Positions 24,912 to 37,900 of a DNA stretch of 64,000 nucleotides are shown here, one piece after another. Origin of the DNA: Polymyxa betae A26-41 (taxonomy: Eukaryota > Protista > Endomyxa: Phytomyxea). The stretch spans positions 45,933 to 109,932 of the forward strand of contig RBZT01000259.1 in assembly GCA_003693705.1 (NCBI GenBank), in the 5' to 3' direction. The translations under genes and the position numbers were made by a program. The stretch's first letter is position 1. Each line of letters opens with the position of its first letter. The notes beneath the pieces were generated by a model. That model was not told the origin of the DNA, did no database searches, and saw only the letters and a list, made by a program, of their open reading frames with translations.

Positions 24912-27659
24912 ATGACAGCTGATTTGGACCCATCTGACAATCATTTACACTTGCCGTATGATGCAGGCAGTATATCGTTTGATACTGGATTCATGACATA
25001 GAATGAATGTAGGCCTGATGGAGACACATTGAGAATTCTCATAGCTACTGATAATCATCTGGGATGCTGGGATCGGGTTAGCTTCTCAGAATCAATCGTT
25101 TCCATTAGACTTACTGAAATACAGGACCCAGTTCGCAGTGATGACGCCATGAGAACATTCGAAGAGATTTTAACGATTGCCCAATCCGTTCATGTAAATA
25201 TCAGATGTCGGAATTGAAATTGTGAGTGATGATTGGATTTAGGCCGATCTATTACTGCTAGGAGGTGACCTGTTTCATCATAACAAACCTAGCAGGAAAT
25301 GTCTCTTTGATACCATGCAGCTGTATAGTGTGGTTTGGTCTCATATTTGATGCAGTATCTTATTGTTACTAAGATTACGAAAGTATTGCCTTGGAGATCG
25401 GCCCGTTAACTTCGAGGTTCTATCCGATCCAAGCTCTGTATTCCATTCAAGGTCTCATATCAAACTTTCATATTTGATTTTATGTTTACCTTCTTATTAG
25501 GTCTTGCTGCAATTATGGTAAATTCTCCAATATCTGTCTATGCTGTGTCCAGTACGACCTGATTGATGTCATTAGAGGATCCCAATATCAATATATCTTT
25601 GCCTGTGTTCGCTATCCATGGTATGATTCTATCCTTCTGTTTAGTTGCAAATGGTTTACTGTCTGTTTAGGTAATCATGACGATCCATCGGGAGTAATAT
25701 TTCCAAACCATTGACTTTTCGATTGTCTATTAACATTGTATAGGCAGGAGGACATGCAGCATTAGATATTATTGATAGCGTGACTGCTTGCCCATTATGA
25801 CGATGATCTTGTTCTTATTATGTGAATAGGCCAATTTACTCAACTACTTTGGCCGAGTCGAAGATGTGCTGAAGATGTTCTTTTGCTCTCTATCACTGAC
25901 TATTTTTTAGATATCTGAATTCTGTGTTAATCCAATCCTCATTCGTAAAGGCAGAACTCGATTAGCTCTGTATGGAATTGGCGCTATTCGTGATGAACGT
26001 CTGCATCGATCTCTTGTCAATAAGAAGGTAACAACATTTGTCAGAATCTGATTGCCCTCATTTGTGTTCGTTTTTAACAACAGAACAGGTGTCGTGGTCA
26101 CGTCCGAATCAGGAGCAGGATCAATGGTAGCAGAATTGATAACTATTGTGTCATCATATAATTTCATAGGTTCAATATGCTGGTTTTACATCAAAATCGG
26201 ACTCGACATTCTGCTGTTTACAAGAACTCAATTCCTGAGTCTCTATTGCCGAATTTCCTCGATCTGGTAGTATGGGCTCATGAACATGAATGTAAGATCG
26301 AGCTAGAGCCCAGTATTGAGGGAAATTTCTATGTGACACAACCGGGAAGTTCTGCTTGCACATCTTTATGTACAGCGGAAACAGTTAAAAAGTTGTCACC
26401 ATCTTCTGGAGACCTAAATAGGGATCTAACAATTGATGTGTCAGGCATGTTGGAGTGTTGGAAATTCGTCGAGCTGATGATGGAGATGCAATTCGTATGA
26501 CTCCTATCCCGTTGCAGTCACCACGTCCTTTCATTTTGGAGGATGTTATTCTCGAGGATTACGCCCGGGTTTGTTCTCTTTATTTTATGAACTTCTCTTC
26601 GTAAAAGTTTCCAGGAATTATCGAACCCTAAAGATACCGATGCTGTATCGACATTTCTCCATAAGCGTGTGTTATCGTGTATAACGCGAGCTGAAGTGGA
26701 ATTCCCTCGTCCAGCTGGTATTCAACCAGAATCTAAAGAGTGGCTACCAGTTATTCGACTTCGAGTCGATTGTAGAGGATACGAAGTCCCGAGCGTTCGA
26801 AGGTTCGGGCAAGAATATGTTGGTAAAGTCGCCAATCCAGAAGATATCATTCAGGTTTTTCTCCACTTCCTATCGTTATAAGCACCTAAGCATTTTGCTA
26901 GATCATCAGAAAGAAATCGACAGCAACTCCGAAAGCCTCCACTGCAGAAAACGATATTGCCAGGAGCCTGGTTGTCGAAGTAGACGAAGAGGGACGTGAA
27001 ATAGGCGTTCGTATAGAAGACCTTGTAAAAAATAATTTGGTATCGCAAACGTTAAATATTGTATGTGTTTTGATTTCTTGTTAGACAAAACGTGAGCAGA
27101 AATTATCTGTTTTGGCAGAACTTGACCTGGTGGAAGCTCTTGAAAAATTCGTTGATAAAGGTACAGATGATTCGAAGCCGTTATAGTCTTGTTAACTTGA
27201 ACATTTGATAGGAGAGAGTCACGCGATTGAAGATTCAATCAGTAAACGTTTAACGAATTTACAGAAGATATTAAAGAACAATCAATCGTTGACTCCTGAC
27301 AACATTGGCGACCTAATTGTTGACAACACCGAGGTATTTTCTCTCAAAAACCCACGCGACATTTAATGATCTCGATTTGATAGTCATACAGACGTCAGCT
27401 AGAAACTGAGGATGAACGAGCAGCTCGGAATCTGGAAGAAGAACGACATCGCATTGATGCAATGTTGAACAATGATGTCCAAGAGGATAATTCCGTTATG
27501 GATGTTGATAACCATAGCGATGACGACGTTGTGGAAATCATACCGCCTCCATCAAGGAGGACAGCGCCTGCCAAACGGAAAGCTTCAGATGTTTTGAACT
27601 CGCAAGTACAGCGCCCTCGCACAACAGCGAATAGATCCAGGGCTCGTTCTCGTGTTTGA
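24912..27659 (+). CDS. MRE11: Double-strand break repair nuclease MRE11, many small exons
   Basis: LRILIATDNHLG, LLGGDLFH..KPS, NYEDPN, IHGNHDDP, LYGIGAIRDERL, LVLHQNR, VWAHEHEC, QPGSS, GKVANP. Confidence 0.96.
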
Positions 27660-27702
27660 GAATGCAATCTACTTGAGAATATATTTATACAGGAGTAACA
27701 TT

Positions 27703-29100
27703 TTAACTCGAATGTACTCCAGGAGCGATACATTGATCATGTAAAGCACCAACTTCATCTATTGACAAAGGGATTTGCATCTTCAGGCCTAGCGCTTCTT
27801 GAGCTTCTCTCATAATATAGAATGAACCACATATGACGATGATATCATTCTGCTTGCATGTTTTAAGCAGATGGGTTATGGTGAGGTGAATATCACCATC
27901 TTCGACACATTGAACTAGCCCGTTACCATTCACTTCTGAATTCTGCAATTAGTACAGAGATATAACAACCAAGACCTGCTTACTGCTGATAAATTCGGAT
28001 GCCTTCCATGCCCGATCATTATCCTTTGCTGATACAATGTATATCGATGAAGGCGAAATTCGATCGAATATGCTTACTGCGTCCTGGGGTGACATTTTAT
28101 CCCTTCCCATACCCAAGATAATATGAAGATTACAGCCCGGGACCAGTAAGTTCTCTAGCCGATCACAGAGTTTAGATAGCGCAGCGTGATTATGTGCAGC
28201 ATCCAGCACAATCGTCGTGCCGTTCATTGCTAATTTTTGAAATCTGCAAGGTGGGACATAATCGAGATCATCATCATTGTAATCAATGTTGAGAGCGTTC
28301 AGAGCTCTCATAGCGATTGCTTTGTTTTCATATTCGTATGATGATCTCATAGAGTTATTATAATGAACTTGATGAAGGGGTGCATGTAGACTGGCAGCAA
28401 TTGGAGCCACAATATGTTCAGGGACAGTTGGACCAATAACAATTGGAACACCAGATTTGATAATGCCAGCTTTATGACGGGTGATTTCTTCAATAGTATC
28501 TCCCAAATACTGGATATGATCCAATCCAATTGATGTAATAATAGATATTGTAGGGTTGACCACATTTGTAGCATCTAATGCACCACCCAATCCAACTTCA
28601 ATCACCGCATAATCAACCTAAAACCCAAAGTTACATAATTTTACAGTTGCAAGTTTTGTCGATACGTCGTTGTCATGGAAATATCGTAGTGCTGATATGG
28701 TTAAAGCTTCAAATGTGGTGATATTATCAAATGGTAATTGAAGGATATCTCCAAGATATTTCTGTAATTGATGATCTGTAACTGGCTTCATATTGATAGT
28801 GATTCTATCATGAACAGACCATATATGTGGTGATATATACATACCAATACGATATCCACATCTAGATAAACATGCACCTATCTTACCAGCTACAGATCCC
28901 TTCCCGTTTGTACCAGCTATATGGACGATCTTGTACCGGGGACCAGCACCACCCAGAAAATGATCATACAACTGCTGAGTTCGGGCTAAAGTCAGATTCT
29001 GGGCTGGTCTTGATAGAAACCGTCCCAGATTGGACATGGTGTCAGATTGGGCTGAACGGAGGAATTTCCGCAACCTAAACCCTAATGAAGATGACAACAT
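27703..29100 (-). CDS. Folylpolyglutamate synthase / dihydrofolate synthase (FolC family)
   Basis: VHIAGTNGKGSV, SPHI, EVGLGGALDATNVV, IGLDH..LG, VLDAAHN, CGSFY; basic N-terminal extension (possible mitochondrial transit peptide). Confidence 0.94.
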
Positions 29101-29143
29101 TCTGCATGGCACAATGATAGTTTATTGATTGTATAGTGATAGA

Positions 29144-30603
29144 TTACAGTGTCTGATGATGTAGATCAAGTACATCAAGTTGTATTATATCAGCCTGACA
29201 ATTTAACATTGAACCAAGATTTGGTTGTGTCCTACCACGATCTCCATGAACAAATTCTTTGATATAAGTTCCAGCTTGTGTCTCCAGATCCAATATGGCG
29301 AAATGTGAGTTCATGGGTGAAAGCATTAATCTATGGATAGTACGCGCACGTGAGATTAATGCACGACGATGTAGAACACGTATTGGTGTTAACTGTTGAA
29401 TTTCGAATGAAGTTGATGTAGAAATAGATTGACATATTGTATCTGTTATTGGTGATGATACCCAGACTATAGCACGATATGATTTCCTGTTAAATACATC
29501 ATTAGTTCGATATTTCAGAATACATCAATGATGGATTACGTCTTCGTTTTAGCACCATCTTCGAGAATCTTGAAATGTGCCGATGCATCCGATGTTAATG
29601 ATAACGAATGAACTTGTACACGATCAGTACTTTGATTGATAGTATTCTGTAATTGATGTATAATACTTGTATGAGGTATACGATGTGGATCTGTAATCTC
29701 CAGAATAAACTGTCTTCCACTACCTAACATACGTACATCAATATCTTCACGTCCAGCACTATGAAATTTATATTGTCTATCTACACCAAATTCATGTATA
29801 ATGGGTGTAGCTATTAAATCTTGGACAGATCCATTCATACGATTATCTGAATCACCAAGAAACCATGGCGTTTGAGATAGGCGACGACAGAATTTCGTGT
29901 ACGACCCGGTGATGAAGACCGGATCCCGAATTACACTCAGCTGGACCGGTATGACGGTATCAGTATGAAACTGAAGTGGAATTGCACGTAGTTCATCTTG
30001 CGACATAACAGAGACAGCTTTATCAACGAATTTAGCTGACGTTAGGCTAGTACGACGTAATTGTTTGATGCCAATATTCTTAGGTAAAGTTCGTGTTATG
30101 AATGGAGCTAATTGATGTCCAAGTTCGACATCTGCTTCAGGACGATTGAAATTAATATCAATACGAAATGATGATTGTGAGGTAGATTGAGATCCATGTA
30201 GAACTTGATCAATAACAGGCACTAATAGAGCACGTATAACATCTTTAACAGATATAATGATATACTGAGATGTATGATGTGCACGTATACATTCATCATT
30301 GAATAAACATAATGATGGGATAGATATACCCATACAATATGATGATGGTATAGAATATACAGAACATACATCTGATAGTGATGTAGGAGATATGAGACTA
30401 GATCCATGATCATGCTGTAATAGACCAATACATGCAGGACATGTGTCTCCTGATCCCAAGATCCTATCTCTAGGAATATTATAGTCAGTATGTAATGTGT
30501 TGACTAATACATCATGTATATATAGATATAGATGTGATGATGCAGGTACAGATAGATGACGTAGATAACATCTTCCACATAAAGAGATATGATCAAGTCC
30601 CAT
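29144..30603 (-). CDS. PUS10: tRNA pseudouridine synthase Pus10
   Basis: GSYTKFCRRLSQTPW, FHSAGREDIDVRMLGSGR, QQLTPIRVLHRR, TQAGTYIKEFVHGDRGRTQPNL. Confidence 0.95.
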
Positions 30604-30967
30604 TCGTTATCACCCCACGGGCCCACGATCAGATTTGATGGCCGCCTCTACATCATCCTCAAGACTGCGCACTATCAGAAATTCAGAATTTGCGCAAAAA
30701 CATTAATGTAACATGACAGTTTAAATTGAACAAAAATCTCAATAATCATGTTACAAATACAGACTGGAAGAATTTCTTCATGAATAATGATTGCATATTG
30801 ATTGTATGTATCAGATCATAAATGTATTGGTTGAGTAACAGTCATATAATAGTAGACATGTTCTGCATGGCAGTACCATGATATAATGATGTAACAGTGT
30901 GGAGAGGGGTCCCTCTACCTGTTAAGTACCATCTCGTCTACTTACATGTCTTATATAATCATTATAT

Positions 30968-31639
30968 ATGATGTTGAGATCTACTACAGATCGACGTCTG
31001 TACATGGCTATCAGGACATCTTCCAGAAGCAATCACACTGATCAGACTCTATTACTAGATCAGATTCATCGAAATCTATTTCTACCTGAATGCGCTTTAG
31101 ACGCCCTAATCCTACTTGATGGCCTGGTCAGTAAGACACCTCTAGGTTCAGGATTCCATTCCGTCCTCTTGCAGCATCCCATTCTCGATGAAATTCTCAA
31201 TCTGGTTAGTCGGGATGTAGAATCACAGGCAGGTCGTTATGCAATTGATATGATGGGAGCATGGAGACATTCTACATATATGATGGATTGGGCACAAGCA
31301 CATTATGATCTTGTTGCACCATTGAATAATCATCCAGATACAAATTCTGACATTCAGTCTAATTCAAGTGAACAATTCGATAAATGGTTTGTCAAGTTTC
31401 ACGCCGATTTACTCGATGCTGTACAATATATTACTACTGGTGATATTGATAACATTCGTATTATTCAAAATCGTATTGTGGCTTGTTTGGATGAGATTGA
31501 TCAGGAACAGCTTGTTAACATTTTGTTGCTGGTTAATGATCTGGCTCAAACTGCTCTTGATCAAGATCCATCTCCGGTCATAGATGATCGCATCGACGAT
31601 ATCAGATCCAGGATATCATCACTTTATAACAGTATGTGA
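30968..31639 (+). CDS. Compact VHS-GAT (TOM1-like) protein, divergent
   Basis: VHS-like ALILLDGLVSK..GSGFH..ILDEILNLV...IDMMGAW; GAT-like IQNRIV...LVNILLLVNDLAQTAL. Confidence 0.55.
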   Translation: MMLRSTTDRRLYMAIRTSSRSNHTDQTLLLDQIHRNLFLPECALDALILLDGLVSKTPLGSGFHSVLLQHPILDEILNLVSRDVESQAGRYAIDMMGAWRHSTYMMDWAQAHYDLVAPLNNHPDTNSDIQSNSSEQFDKWFVKFHADLLDAVQYITTGDIDNIRIIQNRIVACLDEIDQEQLVNILLLVNDLAQTALDQDPSPVIDDRIDDIRSRISSLYNSM

Positions 31640-31925
31640 TATGGATCCGGTTTTAATCGTGAAGTTAAAATGTTGTTGCGTTAGATTCTGGACAGATATG
31701 GACAGATTCAAAATCAGACTGCAGCTTGAAAAGTGATAGAGATGGTAGAGCAGAGATCCCCGATTTTGTCACTGGTCAAGACCAAGTATTAGCGATGTTC
31801 CAGTCGATAGCACTGCGAGATCAAACTACTAATTTAGAGTCAGGTCTAGCTGGTTCAAAAGATGATATCATTGAACGATTTGATCCGGTATTTGGTGACA
31901 GCTATCAATAAATATATATGCAAAT

Positions 31926-34900
31926 TTAATTATTACCTCCAAATACTCGGGTGGATAAACGATGCTCTTCTCGAACTCTGTAGTGCTCCATCCAACACGA
32001 TGAACAATACGTTGCCTGGCATGTTGGGCAAAACTGTCGCATATCAATCTTTGATTTGAATTTCTTTGTGCAGATTGGACAGAGCTGTGCATCGGCTGGG
32101 CCAGCACGGAGCTCAGCCAGAACCTCAGACGGAATCCCCCAACGTAGAACCATGCCTCGGGTGTCTCCAGACCATAGCTGGTTTGCATCGCTGGAGACCA
32201 TTAAGGTCGAGACCGGGGCAGTATGGCTTCCCGGGCAGGAGATGGTACGACATTGCATCTCGCCATCAAAATCGACAAACCATTGGCCGATCGCTCCATC
32301 AGCATGGCCTGTTATTAGACACGTTGACCATGCTAAGTTAATCGATGTACAGAATGTAATTGATGTGATCCAGCTTGAAATTGGCATCGTTTTGGTAGAA
32401 GCCACCAGGTGACAATTTCGATCCCAGATTCGAATAGCATTGGATTGGCAACCGACAGCAATATCGCCATTGCCTGACGAATCAATTGCTAGAACGGATG
32501 TAGTTGATTCTGAACAAAGAGGCATGTCTAGGTTGCCAACAGGATCTAAAAGGTTCAAGTCCCATACTAATATAACGTTATCTACAGATGCAGAAACAAT
32601 CATCGAGAATTCAGTTGACACTGCTACTGAACATATAGTTGCAATATGGCCATCTAAACGTCCACATCTGACGAATGCATCATCAGGTTTAGGCCCAGTT
32701 CGTTTAAACAGAACAATGCAGGTATCAGTAGAACCTGTAACCATAACCATGCCGTTAAATGAAATTTGAAGGCAAGTTATTACAGAGCCAGGCGAATGTG
32801 TCGCTTTGATCGCTATTAATGCTGCTGGATCATTATCTGAACATGATACAACCCGTATAATACCATCAGCTGTCGACCACGTCGCCAGCGTACTGTTGCT
32901 TGGTCCGATGAATGCTGAGAACAAAGGTCCCGTAACAGCCTTGTTCCCATTCAATGCAATGCATCCGGTTGGGAAGCCGACAGATTTCCCATCCAGAATC
33001 CTGATATGATCTGGGTGTCTTGCTAGATGGCCAATATCTGATCGCGCAGCACGGGCTGGATGCGGCTTTGTAAACAGCTGCTTCGGAGTCTGGCCAAAGC
33101 TACGAACTTGTTCGATTAAAGCTGATTTCCTGACTGGATCATTCTCTAGACCCATAAAGTCGACTTTGCCTTCGTACTACAATCGACTCAGTTTGATAGA
33201 ATTACCGACCACAGCGCCGTGCTTACACTTGTATAATAAAAAACGTTGCAAGCATCTACAGCTGCTTGATCCTGTTGCTTATAGCCATAGATGAGATCAA
33301 TCCAATGATGTAAATTTGCTGAAACATGGTCGGATTCTAGAGCTCGACGATGAATGCTGATGAACTTCCTGGGATTGCTTGAGGCCCATGGAGGTAGTAT
33401 GACATCATTCGTCTCAACTCCAGATGATCTCGTTCCTAGTTCCAGTTTGTTGCCGTTGATGAGAAATTCAGGCATAAAGTAAAATTCAGGTAGTAACTCT
33501 CGGACGTCGCTTGTTCCAGCATTGGTCCCAGAGCACATGTTCCACCATTCCCCGATATCGTGGAACATTCGGTCGGGTTTATCAAACCGCCCTCCATGCA
33601 ACCTTTTAAACTGCGATGTGAAAGGTTCTAAACGAACCAGGTAGCTCAATACAACCGGTGCAGATGAGTAATGGGTCCCGTAATGAAACCTGGGAACGGC
33701 TGGATCATCCCAGGCCTCGAATCGCTCCCGGAACATACGCTCTCTTGATGGGTCCAAGGCTCCAATCGGTTTCCTCAGATCACGGAATGTAGAAGGAGAT
33801 TCTAGGTCAAGATTGTCGCTATAGAAATCCTGCACAACCCAGGGAAATACTGGATACTGTGTCAGATCGTTGAAGGTTCTGTTAGAGAGCAACGACAATT
33901 GCATCAGATAGTCAAAGTTTGACAGCTGCCCGTTTAACCAATCGTTCATTGTTTGCTTGATTAAGCGTTTTAGCTTGGACGCTTCTGTAAAAGCGATTAA
34001 GCATGAAACTTTCAGAACTGCAGCCACAACTTACCGCTGTTGAATAATGTAGCATTCGATTCCGGATCCATCAAACGGGGACTAATATAGCACTTCAGAC
34101 TTGGAATCATGGGATATCGGTACACAAGTTCCATACCATGATGCTATAAGTAAATCGTAGAAATCTTTCCGATCCGAAACAGAGAAAACAAGTAGGAAAT
34201 TGTTACCATCATTAAAAGATAGCTCAACGCCACACGGAAGCAACAGATGACGACATTTGGTTATTCGAGATAATTGACCGAATTCAAATTTCCAATGGGT
34301 CGGGTACTGATCAATATCGTGAGGAGCAGCAGTGCCCGATACACAGCCACTCTTTCCATGTCGCTTATGAGAAGGTGTAGACTGAACAACATCGCCAGAT
34401 TCGCTGATCTTGTATCCGGAGATCAGCGACATCGAAGTTGCACATAGCACAAATATACAGTCAATTTCATCAAGCCCTATCACTTGACGACAGGGATAAA
34501 ACGCCTGCACAAGGCAATCTGGTTCCAGCATGATCCGCAATCGTTGCTCTCCTCTCAACCAGAACTCGCAGAGATCGTTACTTTGATCTCCGGGTAACTC
34601 AGTAGTATTTGAGTCATGATCTTGATGATGATCTCCTGAGACTGGTGTTGTTATATGTGCTATAGAGAAACTGGATAATCTTGATCGGCTATGAGGCGTA
34701 TTTGGTGGCCGACGACGACTGGCTCGAACATTTAGCGAAACTTGTTTAACCGATACAATAGCATCGCTTTCATTATCAACGACCGAGACATCGATGTTCA
34801 AAGATAATGTTGGAAAGGAATGTCGATCGTTCATCTTTTTTTGGATACTTAAGGAATGTTTGAGTTTCGAGCGAATTCGGTTAGGCCCTTCTGTTAAATC

Positions 34901-37900
34901 AATCAGCCACAGGTCTTTCCAAGTAATAGAAACCACAGGATCTCGCTCTGTAAATGATAATGAATGACAACCGCCAATACGATCTAACTGCAAAACGTGC
35001 AGGTCCCATTTTGCGACAGCAGCTTTGGACGCTTCTTCCACGTTCTGCTTGGCTGATAGTAAACGAAGCACCTCTTTTTCTCGAATCTTCTTGAGCTGAT
35101 GCAAGACAGCGAACTCCATTTCAGCCTTGGCAACCAATTCTTTTTCCGCCGACTCCATTTGGCGGTGGATTAGTTCGCTGATGAGGGCGGAACGCTTGCT
35201 CATTTGATCCAGGCATTCCCGTTGCCTTAATGATTCGTACTGTTGCCACATTGGTCTTAATATTCCAGTAGTCATAGTTGCGACTGCTTCTCGGTTTCCA
35301 GACCGATTCAGCCACTGGGAGAACTTCTCATCCGAATATCGAAGAAGACGATCGAAACTGTTATTAAGTAGATTACATTCTTGAAGCTCCAACCCATCTG
35401 ACGACTCATAATGCCAGATTAAGAACGACTCTGCCACACCAAACTGATGTTGCAAAACCCAACGCCATAAATTAATTCCAAGTGATTGTATGTTGAGATT
35501 GTCATGTATCAGGTGCAATCCTGCGTGGTAGAGAACACAACCGGCAAAGTCGGCATCCTCTTGGCCCATTAGCAAATGTGCATTTTCAAAAACAAGAAGA
35601 TGTAATCGAAATTTATCTTGCAATGGTATCACATCTCTACGGCATAGCTGGAACAAAACCATGCTCTTAGATGTATTGATAAGGCCTTGAGAAACAGAGG
35701 AACGATAGTCGGAAGTTGGGCTTTGATCGCCTAAATGTCGAGCCAATTTAAGAAAACGAGTCAGAAGATCCAGTGAGTCGCCAGCATATCGTCCAAGATG
35801 GACATGTTCTTGCAGCAGGTTGGCAGTAGCTAACAAACTCGCGCGGAGCAATGAGTTTTGTTGCAAATCGAAAGAGCTATAAATAATATCCGACAGCCGA
35901 TTGAACAATAAAGTTAACCATCGAGATTGATGGCTGTCGATACAGGTTTCAACAGGAATTACCAACAGTACTTGACGAAGTAATGCTTGTTGATCGGAAC
36001 GGGAATGGAATAAAGCTCTATAAATCACATCGATGAGCAATGTCTCAAGCTATAGCCAGATGAGTTTTAAAGAAGAAGTATAGGGCAGAAAACAAACCTT
36101 GGCTATAATGACGCTTTCTTGCGTAGCATAGATGCTTTCAAACAGGTGAATAACCTGGGCGACCTTTGTAATAAAAGGAATGGAATATAGTGGTTTTAAC
36201 GGATCGCTTGTGGTCGATGAAGCACTGCTCATTGCAAGAACGTCTATGATGCCTTGAATAATCTGGCACAGGAAATCCAGATCGACCGCTGACAATGATG
36301 GCACAATTGCGATTTGTTTAAACCTAGGCGTCAACGACGTATTAGCGATTCTTAAGTGAGGTGTTCGAACAACTTCATTATGTGAATGCCGCTTAGATTC
36401 AGTTCTTGGACTCGGTGTCTGTTTACAATCCGAACTGGTGGCGGCACAACTGGGAGACAAAACTATTTCTGAGCTCTCTTCGTCTGGAATAGTGACAGCT
36501 AAACGCTCGCAACAAATTTCTGGAGATACAGACCTACGATGAGCTGGCGAGGGCAATGGAGGCGTACTTATTCTATTCGACAGGCGACGAGTTACACCGA
36601 CTGATGAATTTCGAATGGCTGAGTTTGAACCCTGCCGTTGTGTTGCAGAAGCACGTCTTTTTTGCAACTTGGAGGCAGCAGTCATCAATTCCATCAGTAT
36701 GAAAGCGGCCCCTGGAAATGACGATTTTCTTGTCTGGGCTGGAAGAAGTAGGATGCTCTCGACAAGTTTTGGAATAGATAAGCCGGCCAACGAAACACCA
36801 TTCTTCCCGTCTATAACATCCATATATGGTCGCCCACACAGCACTAAAATTAACAAAGCATAAACTTCGGGACAGGACGCATATGACTCGAGAAGATGGG
36901 ATAGCACATCGGATGATGCGAAATTCGATGAAACTGGCTGCTCAGTGATTGAGAAAAGGTTCATTAGTTGCAGGGCTATTTCAACCATGCGAAGCTGAGG
37001 ATGCCCTCCACCGCTCACCAAGCTACAGAGAAAGCACGAATCTAAAGATTCGGCATAGACCTTCAGTTGGAATTGATTTCCTTCTTCATAGGCAGTTTGA
37101 ACAAGCATTAACAGCATTTCCAATAATTTCAGCCTCCTGTCTAACGCCCATGTAGAATATGCGTCAAGTTTCACAGAAGATGCTGGCGATGCTGGAGCGT
37201 TGTGACTATCAGTTTTGGGTTGCGGTTCTTTGAAAGAAGATGTGTGCGTTTCATCAAATGAATGAGCCCCATGAAGGCGTTTTGATGAAGAGGGCAATTC
37301 ATCTTTCTTAATCTGCACAGCAGCTATAGCAGAATCGCAGACCATGGCAAAATCGTCAGGATTTGAAGAACGCGAGACGAATACGGCAAGCAGTTGAATT
37401 AAATCCCCAACCATTTCATGACCGATGTCTTCATTTCCCAGAATCCCTAATATTCTGGATACTGGATTTGCACCAGAGTTAATGGTAGAAAGGTTACGAT
37501 CGTGCAACGGGTGAACGGCGATGACGTTTGTGACGACCTTGATGATTTGCTTTTTTAAAGACGGCTGGGCTTGTTCCCAAATTGACAGATCCATTATAAA
37601 ATTTTGGAATGCCCAGCTGTTAGAAATCCGTCCTTGTTTTCCTTCATTTGACAGCCCAGATATCGCAAGAATCAAATGTAACGTAGAAGAATCCCAGATA
37701 TGTGACAGTTTTTTTAAACGGAATGCAAGCAACAGGAACTTGGAATTCGTTACAATTTCTCTCATAGCCTCAGCGCTATCTCGAAGCAATAAGACGATTG
37801 CTAGAAGTCGCAGATTGAGCTCGGTCGTGTTTCTCGATTTTGATAGAAACAGGAGAAAATAATCCAGACCTCCGACAGACGCTAAAACAGACGCAAGCCC

